Shown: positions 26,759 to 35,400 of the stretch, piece after piece | Position numbering within the stretch: the first letter of the stretch is position 1 | Layout of the letters: every line of letters starts with the position of its first letter | DNA from: an uncultured Brevundimonas sp. | GTDB taxonomy: Bacteria > Pseudomonadota > Alphaproteobacteria > Caulobacterales > Caulobacteraceae | Assembly (NCBI RefSeq): GCF_943913055.1 | Contig: NZ_CALTWS010000001.1 | Location: forward strand, 1-39,737 | Direction of reading: 5' to 3' | Length of the DNA stretch: 39,737 bases | The notes under the pieces: model-generated | Databases searched by the model: none | What the model was told of the DNA's origin: nothing | What the model saw: only the letters and a program-made list of their open reading frames with translations | Program-made: the position numbers and the translations under genes

Positions 26759-27452
26759 CGGATGGGGAGTTCCTGACTGGCGTGACGCGAAAGCATACCC
26801 TGACCCCGGCGAGACGACAGTGCGTGAATGGTGGTGGGAGTTCACCCGCAGGAGGCCGGATTATCGCGCGCTATGGGACGCAGCGGCCCGTGTGGCGGGC
26901 TACGAACACCGGTTTGCTCCCGACGTCGACGAGTTCCGTCTGCGGTTCGAGCTATCAGTCATACACGATCCGGCGCGCCGGCTGACTGACTGGCAGCTGA
27001 TACACTTTCGCGTCCCCCGGAATTTTGCGCGATCGCACCTGGAACCTGTGTTGGAGCAAGTCGAAAGACTTCTTGAAAGTCCCTATGGGGAGCAGACTCT
27101 GGAGATGGTCGCTCAGGGGCGAAAGATCTCCGACGATGAAAATCAGATCCTTTTCAACTTCGACCTGTCACGCCCGCTCAAGCCGCAGCTGGACGTGGCT
27201 GCACGGTACCTGACCGAGGTGCAGCGGGAGAAATTTGGCAAGGTCGCGACACGGCGGCCGCGGCGGACTAACTGGCCCGAGTTCCTGCGGGCGATCGACG
27301 CTCGTGACGCCGGCGCGACGTACCGAGAGATGCGTGACGTATTCTGGCCGGATCGTTCCCCTCGGAAGGACGGTCGGGAGCAAAAGACGGAGCAGAACGC
27401 GCGCGACGTTCATGCGGCTGCGTGCAAGCTGCGAGACAACTTCCCCATATAA
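26751..27452 (+). CDS. FseA-like (DUF6499 + DUF2285) putative transcriptional activator, single reading frame
   Basis: N-terminal DWRDAKAY...WWWEFTRRRPDYRA resembles the DUF6499 AWEFLRRN motif; C-terminal FLRAIDARDAGATYREMRDVFWP resembles DUF2285. ATG overlaps the int 3' end. Confidence 0.65.
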   Translation: MASGWGVPDWRDAKAYPDPGETTVREWWWEFTRRRPDYRALWDAAARVAGYEHRFAPDVDEFRLRFELSVIHDPARRLTDWQLIHFRVPRNFARSHLEPVLEQVERLLESPYGEQTLEMVAQGRKISDDENQILFNFDLSRPLKPQLDVAARYLTEVQREKFGKVATRRPRRTNWPEFLRAIDARDAGATYREMRDVFWPDRSPRKDGREQKTEQNARDVHAAACKLRDNFPI

Positions 27453-27516
27453 TTCTCAACGCGGCGAGCCAGCGTCCGACCTAAGCCGGTGTCATCCGAC
27501 ACTGCGGACGACCAAC

Positions 27517-27699
27517 ATGCAAAAACTGCTTAGGCTACCTCAGGTGATCGAGCGGACATCCCTGCGCCGCTCGACAATCTACGAGATGATGCAGGGCGGG
27601 AGCTTTCCGAAGCCGGTTAAGCTGAACTTGCGTTCCAATGGCTGGATCGAAAGCGAGATCAGTGACTGGGTAGCCGCTCGAATTGCTGAGCGCGACTGA
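27517..27699 (+). CDS. alpA: AlpA-family excisionase/transcriptional regulator
   Basis: MQKLLRLPQVIERTSLRRSTIYEMMQGGSFPKPVKL...WIESEISDW, the classic AlpA pattern. Confidence 0.93.
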   Translation: MQKLLRLPQVIERTSLRRSTIYEMMQGGSFPKPVKLNLRSNGWIESEISDWVAARIAERD

Positions 27700-27701
27700 C
27701 T

Positions 27702-27833
27702 ATGGCGCTAAGAGCGAAAGTTGGACCGGGATCGTCCCCAGAAGATCGCCGCTCGTCGGGATTCACGGCCGTGTGGCCCGGCGAAGAATCAGGGGTGATT
27801 CAGACCGGGGACTCCGGGGCGCTGTTGCCATGA
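27702..27833 (+). CDS. Possible 43-aa coupling ORF
   Basis: MALRAKVGPGSSPEDRRSSGFTAVWPGEESGVIQTGDSGALLP exactly fills the alpA-helicase gap; its stop overlaps the helicase ATG (ATGA). Confidence 0.3.
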   Translation: MALRAKVGPGSSPEDRRSSGFTAVWPGEESGVIQTGDSGALLP

Positions 27834-28966
27834 GCGTCGCGCTAAAGGCGGTTCCAAACGGCTACGTACAGCTCCCGGTCGTCGATCTTGCTCGCTGGGC
27901 GGACTGCGAACCGCCGCCGCGGGATTTCCTTATACCGGGCCTTATCCCGAACGGATGTGTGACTTCGCTGTACGGCGATGGTGGATCGGGAAAGACCATG
28001 ATCGCCCTCTGGCTCATGGTCGCGATGGCTTGCCGCTATGGTGCAAAGTGGATGGACGAAACGCCTCTCGGGTTCAGGTCAGTCGGACTCTTCGCGGAAG
28101 ATGACGAGGCCGAATTGGTGCGCCGTGTGCATCGGCTATGTAGCGGTCTAGACGTCGACTTCTCGTGCGTGGCGCCGGGGATCATCATGGTGCCCGGTGT
28201 CGGCATGGATACCATCGTCGCCCATTTCCATGCCGACACAGGCGAACTCGTCATTACTCCAATCATGAGATCCCTGATCGACAAGGTGCGTGCAGAGGGC
28301 GCCTCGCTACTGGTTCTTGACTATGCAGCGGCCGTATTCGGCGGGAATGAACTCGACCGGTCCCAAGTCTCGGTTTTCATGCGGTGGCTAAATGCAGTTG
28401 CGCGAGAAGAGAACATCGCAATTTTGCTGTTGGGCCACCCCTCCGTCGATGGAATGAAAAGCTCCAGGGGGACGTCAGGGTCGACCGCATGGCGCAACCA
28501 AGCGCGCTCGTTTCTCAGCTTAACGGTCGACGATGTCCAAGACGACCCAAATGGCCGCCGTCTACTGACGCTTGCGCTGACCAAGAGCAACTACAGCCGC
28601 GCCGGGTGCGTCTTCAATCTGACTTTTGACGGCACGAGGTTCGAGGTTCTGTCCGCATCTGACGGGCCCCTCAGAGGGTCCAAGAGACCTCGCCTACCTC
28701 GGTCTCAGAAGGTCGCTTTGGACTCCCTGCAGAGGGCGGTGGTGGACGAAGGCATTTCGTCCCCTGGGGGCGGGGTGCCTGCTGATGCTCGATGCGTCCA
28801 GCTCAACCGCTGGCGCGAATACTCCTTCCAGAGCGGCATTAGCCAAACTGACACGCCTTATGCCCGCAAGAAGGCGTTCAGTAGGGCAGCGCAAGACCTT
28901 TTAGCCAAAGGGCTTGTGGGAGTCTGCGAGCCTTGGGTTTGGGCGCAATCGAAGGTGGGACAATGA
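27830..28966 (+). CDS. AAA_25/RepA-like SF4 helicase with a putative C-terminal DNA-binding domain
   Basis: FLIPGLIP, Walker A GDGGSGKT, AEDD, Walker B LLVLD, LLGHPS, SGSTAWRNQARS, KSNY. Confidence 0.88.
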   Translation: MSVALKAVPNGYVQLPVVDLARWADCEPPPRDFLIPGLIPNGCVTSLYGDGGSGKTMIALWLMVAMACRYGAKWMDETPLGFRSVGLFAEDDEAELVRRVHRLCSGLDVDFSCVAPGIIMVPGVGMDTIVAHFHADTGELVITPIMRSLIDKVRAEGASLLVLDYAAAVFGGNELDRSQVSVFMRWLNAVAREENIAILLLGHPSVDGMKSSRGTSGSTAWRNQARSFLSLTVDDVQDDPNGRRLLTLALTKSNYSRAGCVFNLTFDGTRFEVLSASDGPLRGSKRPRLPRSQKVALDSLQRAVVDEGISSPGGGVPADARCVQLNRWREYSFQSGISQTDTPYARKKAFSRAAQDLLAKGLVGVCEPWVWAQSKVGQ

Positions 28967-29048
28967 ACAAGACAGAATGTCCCGCGGGACATGTCCAGAG
29001 GGCGACAATCGGGACACCCCTAAAGGGGGAGTGTCCCTCTTGTCCCAC
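28955..29048. repeat. Iteron-like GGGACA/TGTCCC cluster, putative replication origin
   Basis: GGGACA at 28957, 28986, 29011; TGTCCC at 28978, 29032, 29041; outer inverted repeat GTGGGACAA/TTGTCCCAC; located at the helicase 3' end. Confidence 0.6.
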
Positions 29049-29168
29049 CCCTCCTGCCCGCGTTCGTCTCAAGTTCGACGAAGCGAGTGCCCGCGTTCTG
29101 TGCAGAGATGATGCGATGGGAGCCGAGGACTCCCTTCGCGAACCAGTTGCGCAAGGGGCAGGCTCAAA

Positions 29169-29260
29169 GGGGGGAGGGGCATGAAAAGTCCGAAACTGCA
29201 GTCGCGGAGACCGGTGCCGGGGCCGCTTTTTCACAGAGCGCAAGTTTCGAGGTGGGGGTC
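29169..29260 (+). other. Putative cos-like packaging region
   Basis: G-run followed by AAAAGTCCG, GAGACCGGTGCCG, TTTTTCAC and a second G-run, directly upstream of a P27-type terS. Resembles the layout ahead of terS in HK97-like cos phages. Confidence 0.5.
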
Positions 29261-29293
29261 GAGATATCCGACTTGATGTGAATGGAGCTGAGC

Positions 29294-29788
29294 ATGGGGA
29301 AGCGTGGTCCACGTCCGAAGCCGAGTGCGCTTAGGCTGCTCGAGGGCGGCAATCGGGGCAGGCGCCCCTTGCCTCTGAATGAGCCTCAACCGTCGCGACC
29401 GGCAGGGGTGCCCCCACCTCCGCCGTATCTCTCGGGCTACGCCCATACTGAATGGGAGCGGGTCATTGGAGATCTCTGCGCCACAGGGGTTTATGCCAAT
29501 ATCGACCAGACCATGTTGGCCGCCTACTGCATGGCCTACAGGCGTTGGCGTCTTGCAGAGGATCTTGCGTCCAGATTGTCCGCCCAAGATCCAACCATCC
29601 ACGGCGTTCTGATGAAGACGGAGGGTGGCAACGTAGTTCAGAATCCGGCTGTCGGCGCCGCTAACGTCGCCCGCCGAGACATGCTGCGCCTAGCGGCCGA
29701 GTTTGGGCTGACGCCATCTGGACGCGTTGCGCTAGATAACGGTAGGCAAGACAGCGATGACGCGGTGGCGCAGAAGTACGGCATCTAA
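29294..29788 (+). CDS. terS: Phage terminase small subunit, P27 family
   Basis: MGKRGPRPKPSALRLLEG; PPPYLSGYAHTEWERV; LAAYCMAY; VQNPAV; AAEFGLTPSGR. GGAG RBS. Confidence 0.92.
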   Translation: MGKRGPRPKPSALRLLEGGNRGRRPLPLNEPQPSRPAGVPPPPPYLSGYAHTEWERVIGDLCATGVYANIDQTMLAAYCMAYRRWRLAEDLASRLSAQDPTIHGVLMKTEGGNVVQNPAVGAANVARRDMLRLAAEFGLTPSGRVALDNGRQDSDDAVAQKYGI

Positions 29789-29813
29789 AGCGCCGCGACG
29801 GCTAAGCGCCTGC

Positions 29814-29922
29814 AGCGGACGTTGGACCCGTGACCCGAAAGCAGACCTTGACGTGATGATGATGGACGTCCGTTGGACTTTCCTGTCGGCGCGGTGGTCT
29901 CCTTGGGAACCAGCAGACATTG
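29814..29922 (+). repeat. Three short direct repeats AGCRGACNTTG
   Basis: AGCGGACGTTG (29814), AGCAGACCTTG (29840), AGCAGACATTG (29912). Confidence 0.45.
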
Positions 29923-29976
29923 AGCGGCACCTGCGTTAGCGTCCCCGCATTTTCCAACGATCGAGACGAGAGCACC

Positions 29977-30675
29977 ATGGGACGGCCACGCCACTACAGC
30001 GCGGAGATACCGGCCCGATGTCAGGCGCTCATCGAAATGCTAGGTACTGCGGTCGAGGAAGCGTCTGATCCGAACGGGCGCTGGGGCGGGCCGCTGAAAA
30101 CCACCTTCTTGATGGCGATGGCGACGCCGATGATCGCACTGCCGATCGAGCGGATATTCAAGCCGGCGCGCGACAACCACGAAGGGGTCGCGGATGATCG
30201 GGAGCTTGATCCAGATCTGTCTGGTCAAGTGGCTCACGAACTGGGGCCGGCGCGGCCGTTCGGATCCGCCCCCTTTTTCGAGCGCGGAGCCTGGGCCTAT
30301 ATTCCTACTATCGGCCCGTTCAACGTCGCCGGGGACTGGCCTGCTCGGGCCTTGGTCCCCCTAAGGTCTGCAGCCGCGGCCGAGGCTGCAGCCGAGGCAC
30401 CAGCCCGGGTCATCCTCCTCGCCTTGCGTAACGCTTTGAGCCACGGCGGAGTCACCTACCTGGATCGGAACGGAGGCCATGCCGATTACGCGACCCACAT
30501 GCTGGGATTCGCCAGCCTAGCGAGGGCCCGTCATCCTGAGTTGCGTTTGCTGCGCGTTGGGGTCCCCGAGTTTGAGACCTTTCTGCGGCTTTGGGCGAAT
30601 TGGCTCTCGTCTGCGGGTGTCATAGACCAACTTGAAAGGCGCGGTCCGGGGCACTTTCAGTTCGCTGCCGAGTGA
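29977..30675 (+). CDS. Hypothetical protein, putative HEPN-family nuclease
   Basis: Rx4H motif in LRNALSHG preceded by helical TTFLMAMATPMIALPIE, reminiscent of pEK499_p136-type HEPN proteins. Confidence 0.55.
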   Translation: MGRPRHYSAEIPARCQALIEMLGTAVEEASDPNGRWGGPLKTTFLMAMATPMIALPIERIFKPARDNHEGVADDRELDPDLSGQVAHELGPARPFGSAPFFERGAWAYIPTIGPFNVAGDWPARALVPLRSAAAAEAAAEAPARVILLALRNALSHGGVTYLDRNGGHADYATHMLGFASLARARHPELRLLRVGVPEFETFLRLWANWLSSAGVIDQLERRGPGHFQFAAE

Positions 30676-30698
30676 CCCGGCGAGACGAATAGACCGGA

Positions 30699-31559
30699 TC
30701 AGATCTGAAAGAGGCTGCGCAACTCTGTCGTCTCGAGCAGCCGCGCGCGATCAGTGACCCGGACATCGGCGATCACGTCTTCGGTGAGATAGGCCGCGAC
30801 CGCGTCCGCCTCGGACTTGTTTGGGCAGACGACCCAATCTCGGGCCATGCGCATGGCGCACCGACGGACCAAGTCGGCCAGATCGGCTTTATCCGAGCCA
30901 TCTCGCACCTCGACCGAAAACCGCCCTTCGCGACCATCCAGATCCGGCGCGAAGACCATTAGGCATCGGGGCGCCAAGGCAAAGAAGGCCATGGGCTTGT
31001 GCTCTGCTTGTGGAGTCAGGTCCCAAAACGGTTGGTCGTTGGTGAGCAACCGTATCGGCGTATTACGCAGAATCACAATGCGGCCGCTTTTGAAGAATCG
31101 CATGCGGTCGTGAGCGACTGCATAGATGCTGTTGAGCACCGCCAAGCGTGCCTCTTCATCGGTCAGGCCGGGATCCTGCGCCTTTAGGATCACTTCGAGT
31201 TCTCGAACGGCGTGGGCGCTGCGGTAGCCCGAGCTCACGATGCTCTCCAAGGCTCTGTAGACGACGCGCGGCTTGGGCCCTCGCTTCCCGCTCGCGGCTT
31301 GGGCTCGGGCCAGGTCGCACAGCGCTCCTTCGTTCTCGGCGAGCCAATTCTCGAAGCGATCGTCGCGTTGACCGTTTACGTAGACCGGGGCGTACAGATC
31401 TCGGCTAATAGCGAACGATGCCTTCAGGCCCGGCGAGAAGCGCACGGCGCGGGTGGGGATATCGAAGTACCAAATGCCGACCCGCTGCTTGTCGTCGGTC
31501 GACGACCAGCCCGCAAGGTATCCTCGGGTGACCACGTGATTATTGCGCTTGAGAGACAA
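30699..31559 (-). CDS. DUF4238-domain protein
   Basis: N-terminal NHVVTRGYLAGW (HYVPxxYLxxF-like), RDLY, ENWLAENE, and LLTNDQPF (TSDxP-like). AGGA precedes a TTG start. Confidence 0.7.
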   Translation of the reverse strand: MSLKRNNHVVTRGYLAGWSSTDDKQRVGIWYFDIPTRAVRFSPGLKASFAISRDLYAPVYVNGQRDDRFENWLAENEGALCDLARAQAASGKRGPKPRVVYRALESIVSSGYRSAHAVRELEVILKAQDPGLTDEEARLAVLNSIYAVAHDRMRFFKSGRIVILRNTPIRLLTNDQPFWDLTPQAEHKPMAFFALAPRCLMVFAPDLDGREGRFSVEVRDGSDKADLADLVRRCAMRMARDWVVCPNKSEADAVAAYLTEDVIADVRVTDRARLLETTELRSLFQI

Positions 31560-31734
31560 CGGCTAAATCCTAGGAGTCTTGGCTTGGCGGGAGGGGGCCA
31601 AGGCGGCGTAGCGCCGGAACGGGACATTGACGCTGCTCCCAATGGAAGAAGCTTGCTGCGCGCGATTACGGGCAATGGCCGAGCTCAGCAGCAAAGCGGT
31701 GCCGATCATCACCGCCTGCGAGCACAGACCGCCG

Positions 31735-32472
31735 TCACGTCTTCGCTCCCTCCGCCTTCGGCTTTGGCTTTAAGCCCACCTCTGCCCGCGAGAGCTCTTC
31801 CTGGGCCCCGCGCAGCTGTTCAGAGAGCTCCCCGGACAGGGCGCCGGACAGTGCGACCAAAGCGTCGAGTTTGCGTACGCGGCTCTGGAGCCAGTCCACC
31901 CGACTCTTCAAACCTTCGACCGCCCGATCCTCGCCTGACCGCAGGAAGGTGATGATCGTGCGCTCGGGCCCGTCTTCACCCAGGGCTTCGCGCGCGGTGT
32001 CGAGCCAGGCCTCGCCGGTCTCGATGCTCTCGTCCAGGGCCCGTCTCAGACAATAGCGGATCAGTTCGCGGGCAGAATCGTCGATGATAGCGGCGAGCTC
32101 GATCCACTGCCGTCCTTCCTTCGAGGGCCGGCTCGCCGACATTGCGCCCTGAAGCGGCGAGGCGTAGCGAAAGGGCGTCCTGTCCGGCTCCAGGGCGAGG
32201 ATGGCCCCCTCCAGCGCCCTGAGATCGTCGAACGCGGGTATGGCCGGCTCGAGCTCGTGGCGATGAGCCCATACTTCGAGGACAGCTTCGGCGCATTGCC
32301 TCGCTAGAGCGTCCCGAGTTTCGGGGGTCGCCGTCTCCACGGCGAGCATTCGCTCGGCGAGGTAGTGCGCCATCCAACCGGCCAACAGGTCGTTGTCCGG
32401 TTCGAACTCAAGGTGTTCGACCAGCTTTCTCCCGAGTGCGATGACGGCGGCGTCAGAGGGTTCGGATGCCAT
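31735..32472 (-). CDS. avs3b: AVAST type 3 accessory protein Avs3b
   Basis: VIALGRKLVEHL...DLLAGWMAHYLAE...CAEAVLEVWAHR...IDDSARELI; overlaps the avs3a 3' end by 20 nt. Confidence 0.85.
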   Translation of the reverse strand: MASEPSDAAVIALGRKLVEHLEFEPDNDLLAGWMAHYLAERMLAVETATPETRDALARQCAEAVLEVWAHRHELEPAIPAFDDLRALEGAILALEPDRTPFRYASPLQGAMSASRPSKEGRQWIELAAIIDDSARELIRYCLRRALDESIETGEAWLDTAREALGEDGPERTIITFLRSGEDRAVEGLKSRVDWLQSRVRKLDALVALSGALSGELSEQLRGAQEELSRAEVGLKPKPKAEGAKT

Positions 32473-35400
32473 CAGGGCTCACCAGATAGATGCGGAAGTA
32501 AGGCCACGGGAATTCGATCACGCCATCATTGCGGTCCTTGGCGTAGGTGGCGCGCTCCACCGATCGTCGCAGCGACACGGCAAGGATCAGATCTTCGCCT
32601 CGCGCCTCGAGGAGGTCTGCGAGACGGCCGCGATCAACGGTCAGCCTGTCCCCCGGGTGGTTTTCGTGCTCGCGCCCCCGGCGCGACGTCCACGTCCACG
32701 ATTCCGCCCGGAACATCTCGCCGCAGGAATCCCGCCAAACGCGACCTTCCGCGTCTGCAGTCAAGCCGAGCGCCGCGACAAGGTCATCACCTGGGCGCGG
32801 CCCGGGCCAGCCAAGGCTTCCACCGACCCAGCCGTCGCGCTCGTCCAGTCCCTTCTCGGGCGACGGCTCCCGAATCCAGCCTTTCAGGCGCAGCGCACCG
32901 CGGCCGATCTCGTCGTCCCCAGCGGAAGGCAGGCTGTAGACATTGAACTCCCCGCTGAGCTGCATCGATCTCAGAAGCGACGGTCCGCCGGCCCTTGAGA
33001 CGAACGCACTGCGAAGGGTTACCTGCTCCTGACGGTTTTCGTCGCCGGACGTCCAGCTCCCCCAGACACAGAGATCGGGCTCGTCCAGGCGAACGATCGC
33101 ATCCAGTCGGCGTCGGCTGATACCCCAGCGCCAGGTATGATCGTCATAGCTTTCAGGCGCCGGCAGGGGCGGAAGCCGGACGGGGTCGCGCCGATCCGAG
33201 ACCCACCGACCATCCGCTCGCGTTAGGCCTTCCCGCTCGAGCCATTGAGAAAACTCATCGGGAGCGCCGGGCTCCGCATAGGGATCGAGCCGCGTCGGCC
33301 GCGTCCTCAGAAGTTCACCTGCCGTCAGCATCAGCCCGTGATAGCCGTAGTAGTCACGAAGACCTTCGGAGGCTGGGGTCATGCCCTGACCTGCATAGGT
33401 TTCCATCGACTCGAAAATACCTCGGTTGTGTCGCGGGTCGTCCCGCACGTCGTCGCGCCCCGCCACGCCGAAGACGCGCTCGACCTGCAGGGTCGCCATA
33501 TGTTCGACGCGGGCGGTCGAGGCTCCGAAGCAACGGCCGAGCGGGGAGAACATGTATCGCCCGGCGTCCAGGCCGAAGGCATAGGTTTCCTTGAGCGCGT
33601 CGGTTTTATCGCCGTCGGCGTCATAGTCCGAGCGACTGACCGCGACCGGGGCGCTCGCGGGGGCGTTGATCGCCTCGAGCCATCGCTGTTCCGTGGGCTC
33701 GAGCACCACCCTCCCCGACCGCCCATGCGTCAAGATCAGCTCCGCCGCCAATCCGCGGATCAGCACGTGATCCGTCTCTAACCAAGCCCGGGCCAAGCCC
33801 ACCGTTTCCGCAGACAGGGGCGTGCAGCCATCCACGGCCGCGCGGTTCAGTCCCAGGAGAAGCCACTGTCGGGCATGAAGCGCGTAGAAGGGCAGTCGTT
33901 GGTCCGCATAGGGTCCGGCGCCGCCCTGCCGGGCCAGATCGAGGAGCGGCGCCAAGGTCTCGACGACCCCCAGTTCGGCAAGCGCGCGCACCGCATGGGC
34001 GTGGGCCCATCTCAGCGTTCCGGTCGGCGAGCCCAGTCCCGTCCAGAGATAGCCGGCCAAGGCCGAACGCAATTCGGCAGGCGGGTGGAGGGCTTCCCGC
34101 CACTGGCCGTCCCCGTCCTCGTCCGTCAGCAGAGGATCGAGCAGTCCAAGACCGTAGCGAAGCCCTTCATCCGCTTCGTCGGGGGTCAGTTTTTCCGCCG
34201 CAAACCGCGCGAGCTGGAAAAGTCCATCTGCAGAGTACAGCCCGACGCCGTCCGCGAACCCAGCGAGCACCGCATCCACGATCTCCGCCCGGGTAACCAC
34301 TCCGGCCAACCGTTCGAGGTCCACCGTCTGGTACTGGGCGCTGAGGTAAACCTTGGCTGGATTGGCGCGACACACCTGCAATGCGACGCGCTTGATCGTA
34401 GACTTGACCGCGAGACGCGAGAGGGTCGCAATGGGGATACACTCGACCAGGCCGCGAAGACTGTAGGTTTCGAAATCCGGTAGTTGGCTGATGGCGAGGA
34501 CAACCGCGTCCTCCTGTCCGGCACCGGCGCGCGCGAAGGCCTCGCGGAACAGCTCATCCGTGCCCCAAGGCGCTTCGCCGGCCCTGACCCGTCGCTGGGC
34601 GGTGCGCATATCGTCCGCATCGGTCGGATCGAGCTTCTTGAAGATCGCGTTCCAGTAGGGTCGCCCCCGTTCTGACCGATCACCGCGCCACATCTCTTCT
34701 TTCGTGGGGTTGGCAACGGGGAAATCGCTCTCCGCCACCAGGGGCTCCGGCAGGTTGAGGACGCCCGGATCGAGCCCGAGGCGCACTGCCAGGCCCCGCA
34801 ATTCTTCGAGATCCTTCGCGGTTCTGGATCCCATTCTGAGATAGCGGAAGGCGATCGCGATCCCGGCCTCTCGCGTGTTTGCATCCGGTGCGGTCTCAAG
34901 GAAGGCGTCGAGTTGATCCTTGTGGTTCCAGAGGCCCGGCACCCCGGCGAACGCCAAGCTGTCCCGAGGCGTGAGTTGACCGCGCTTGATGAGGGCCTCG
35001 ACGGCTTCGGACAGGAGGCGCTCGTCGTCGCCGAAGCGGCGGTCGCGCCACCGACTCAGGAGGGTGAACAAGGACGCTGGATCGAGCCCGGCCACCGCAT
35101 CGATCGTCCCGTCCCAGTCGAAGTATTTGTCCCGGGCAACGAGAGACCGGGTTAGCTCCCCGACGCGGGACATGCGGTAGGCGGTCTCGGCGCGGGCGAC
35201 GCCGGGCGCTTCGGCAACGCGGGCCAAGTGCAGGAAACACTCCCAGCGCGGGATGTTCTCATCCCCGATCCGGCTGAGGATCTCGATGGCGCGATCAAAA
35301 TGGGCCCGGGCCTCTGGTTCGCTCACCGTGAAAATCGCCCTCGCTAGGGCCAACAGGCTTTGCCCTTGGGTATCGGCTTCGTCCCTGACCGCCTCGACTC

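Noticed and set aside
28933..29184. ORF after the helicase (MNKTECPAGHVQR...)
   Set aside because: The Cys/Pro/Gly pattern is explained by translating the GGGACA/TGTCCC repeats; more likely non-coding origin DNA, although an ATGA overlap exists.
25520..29788. Intact prophage or conjugative ICE
   Set aside because: No structural, lysis, terL, relaxase or T4SS genes in the visible 14 kb. The caveat is that the right end is outside the window.
31563..31709. 48-aa minus-strand ORF between avs3b and the DUF4238 gene
   Set aside because: No recognisable features and no convincing RBS; cannot be supported.
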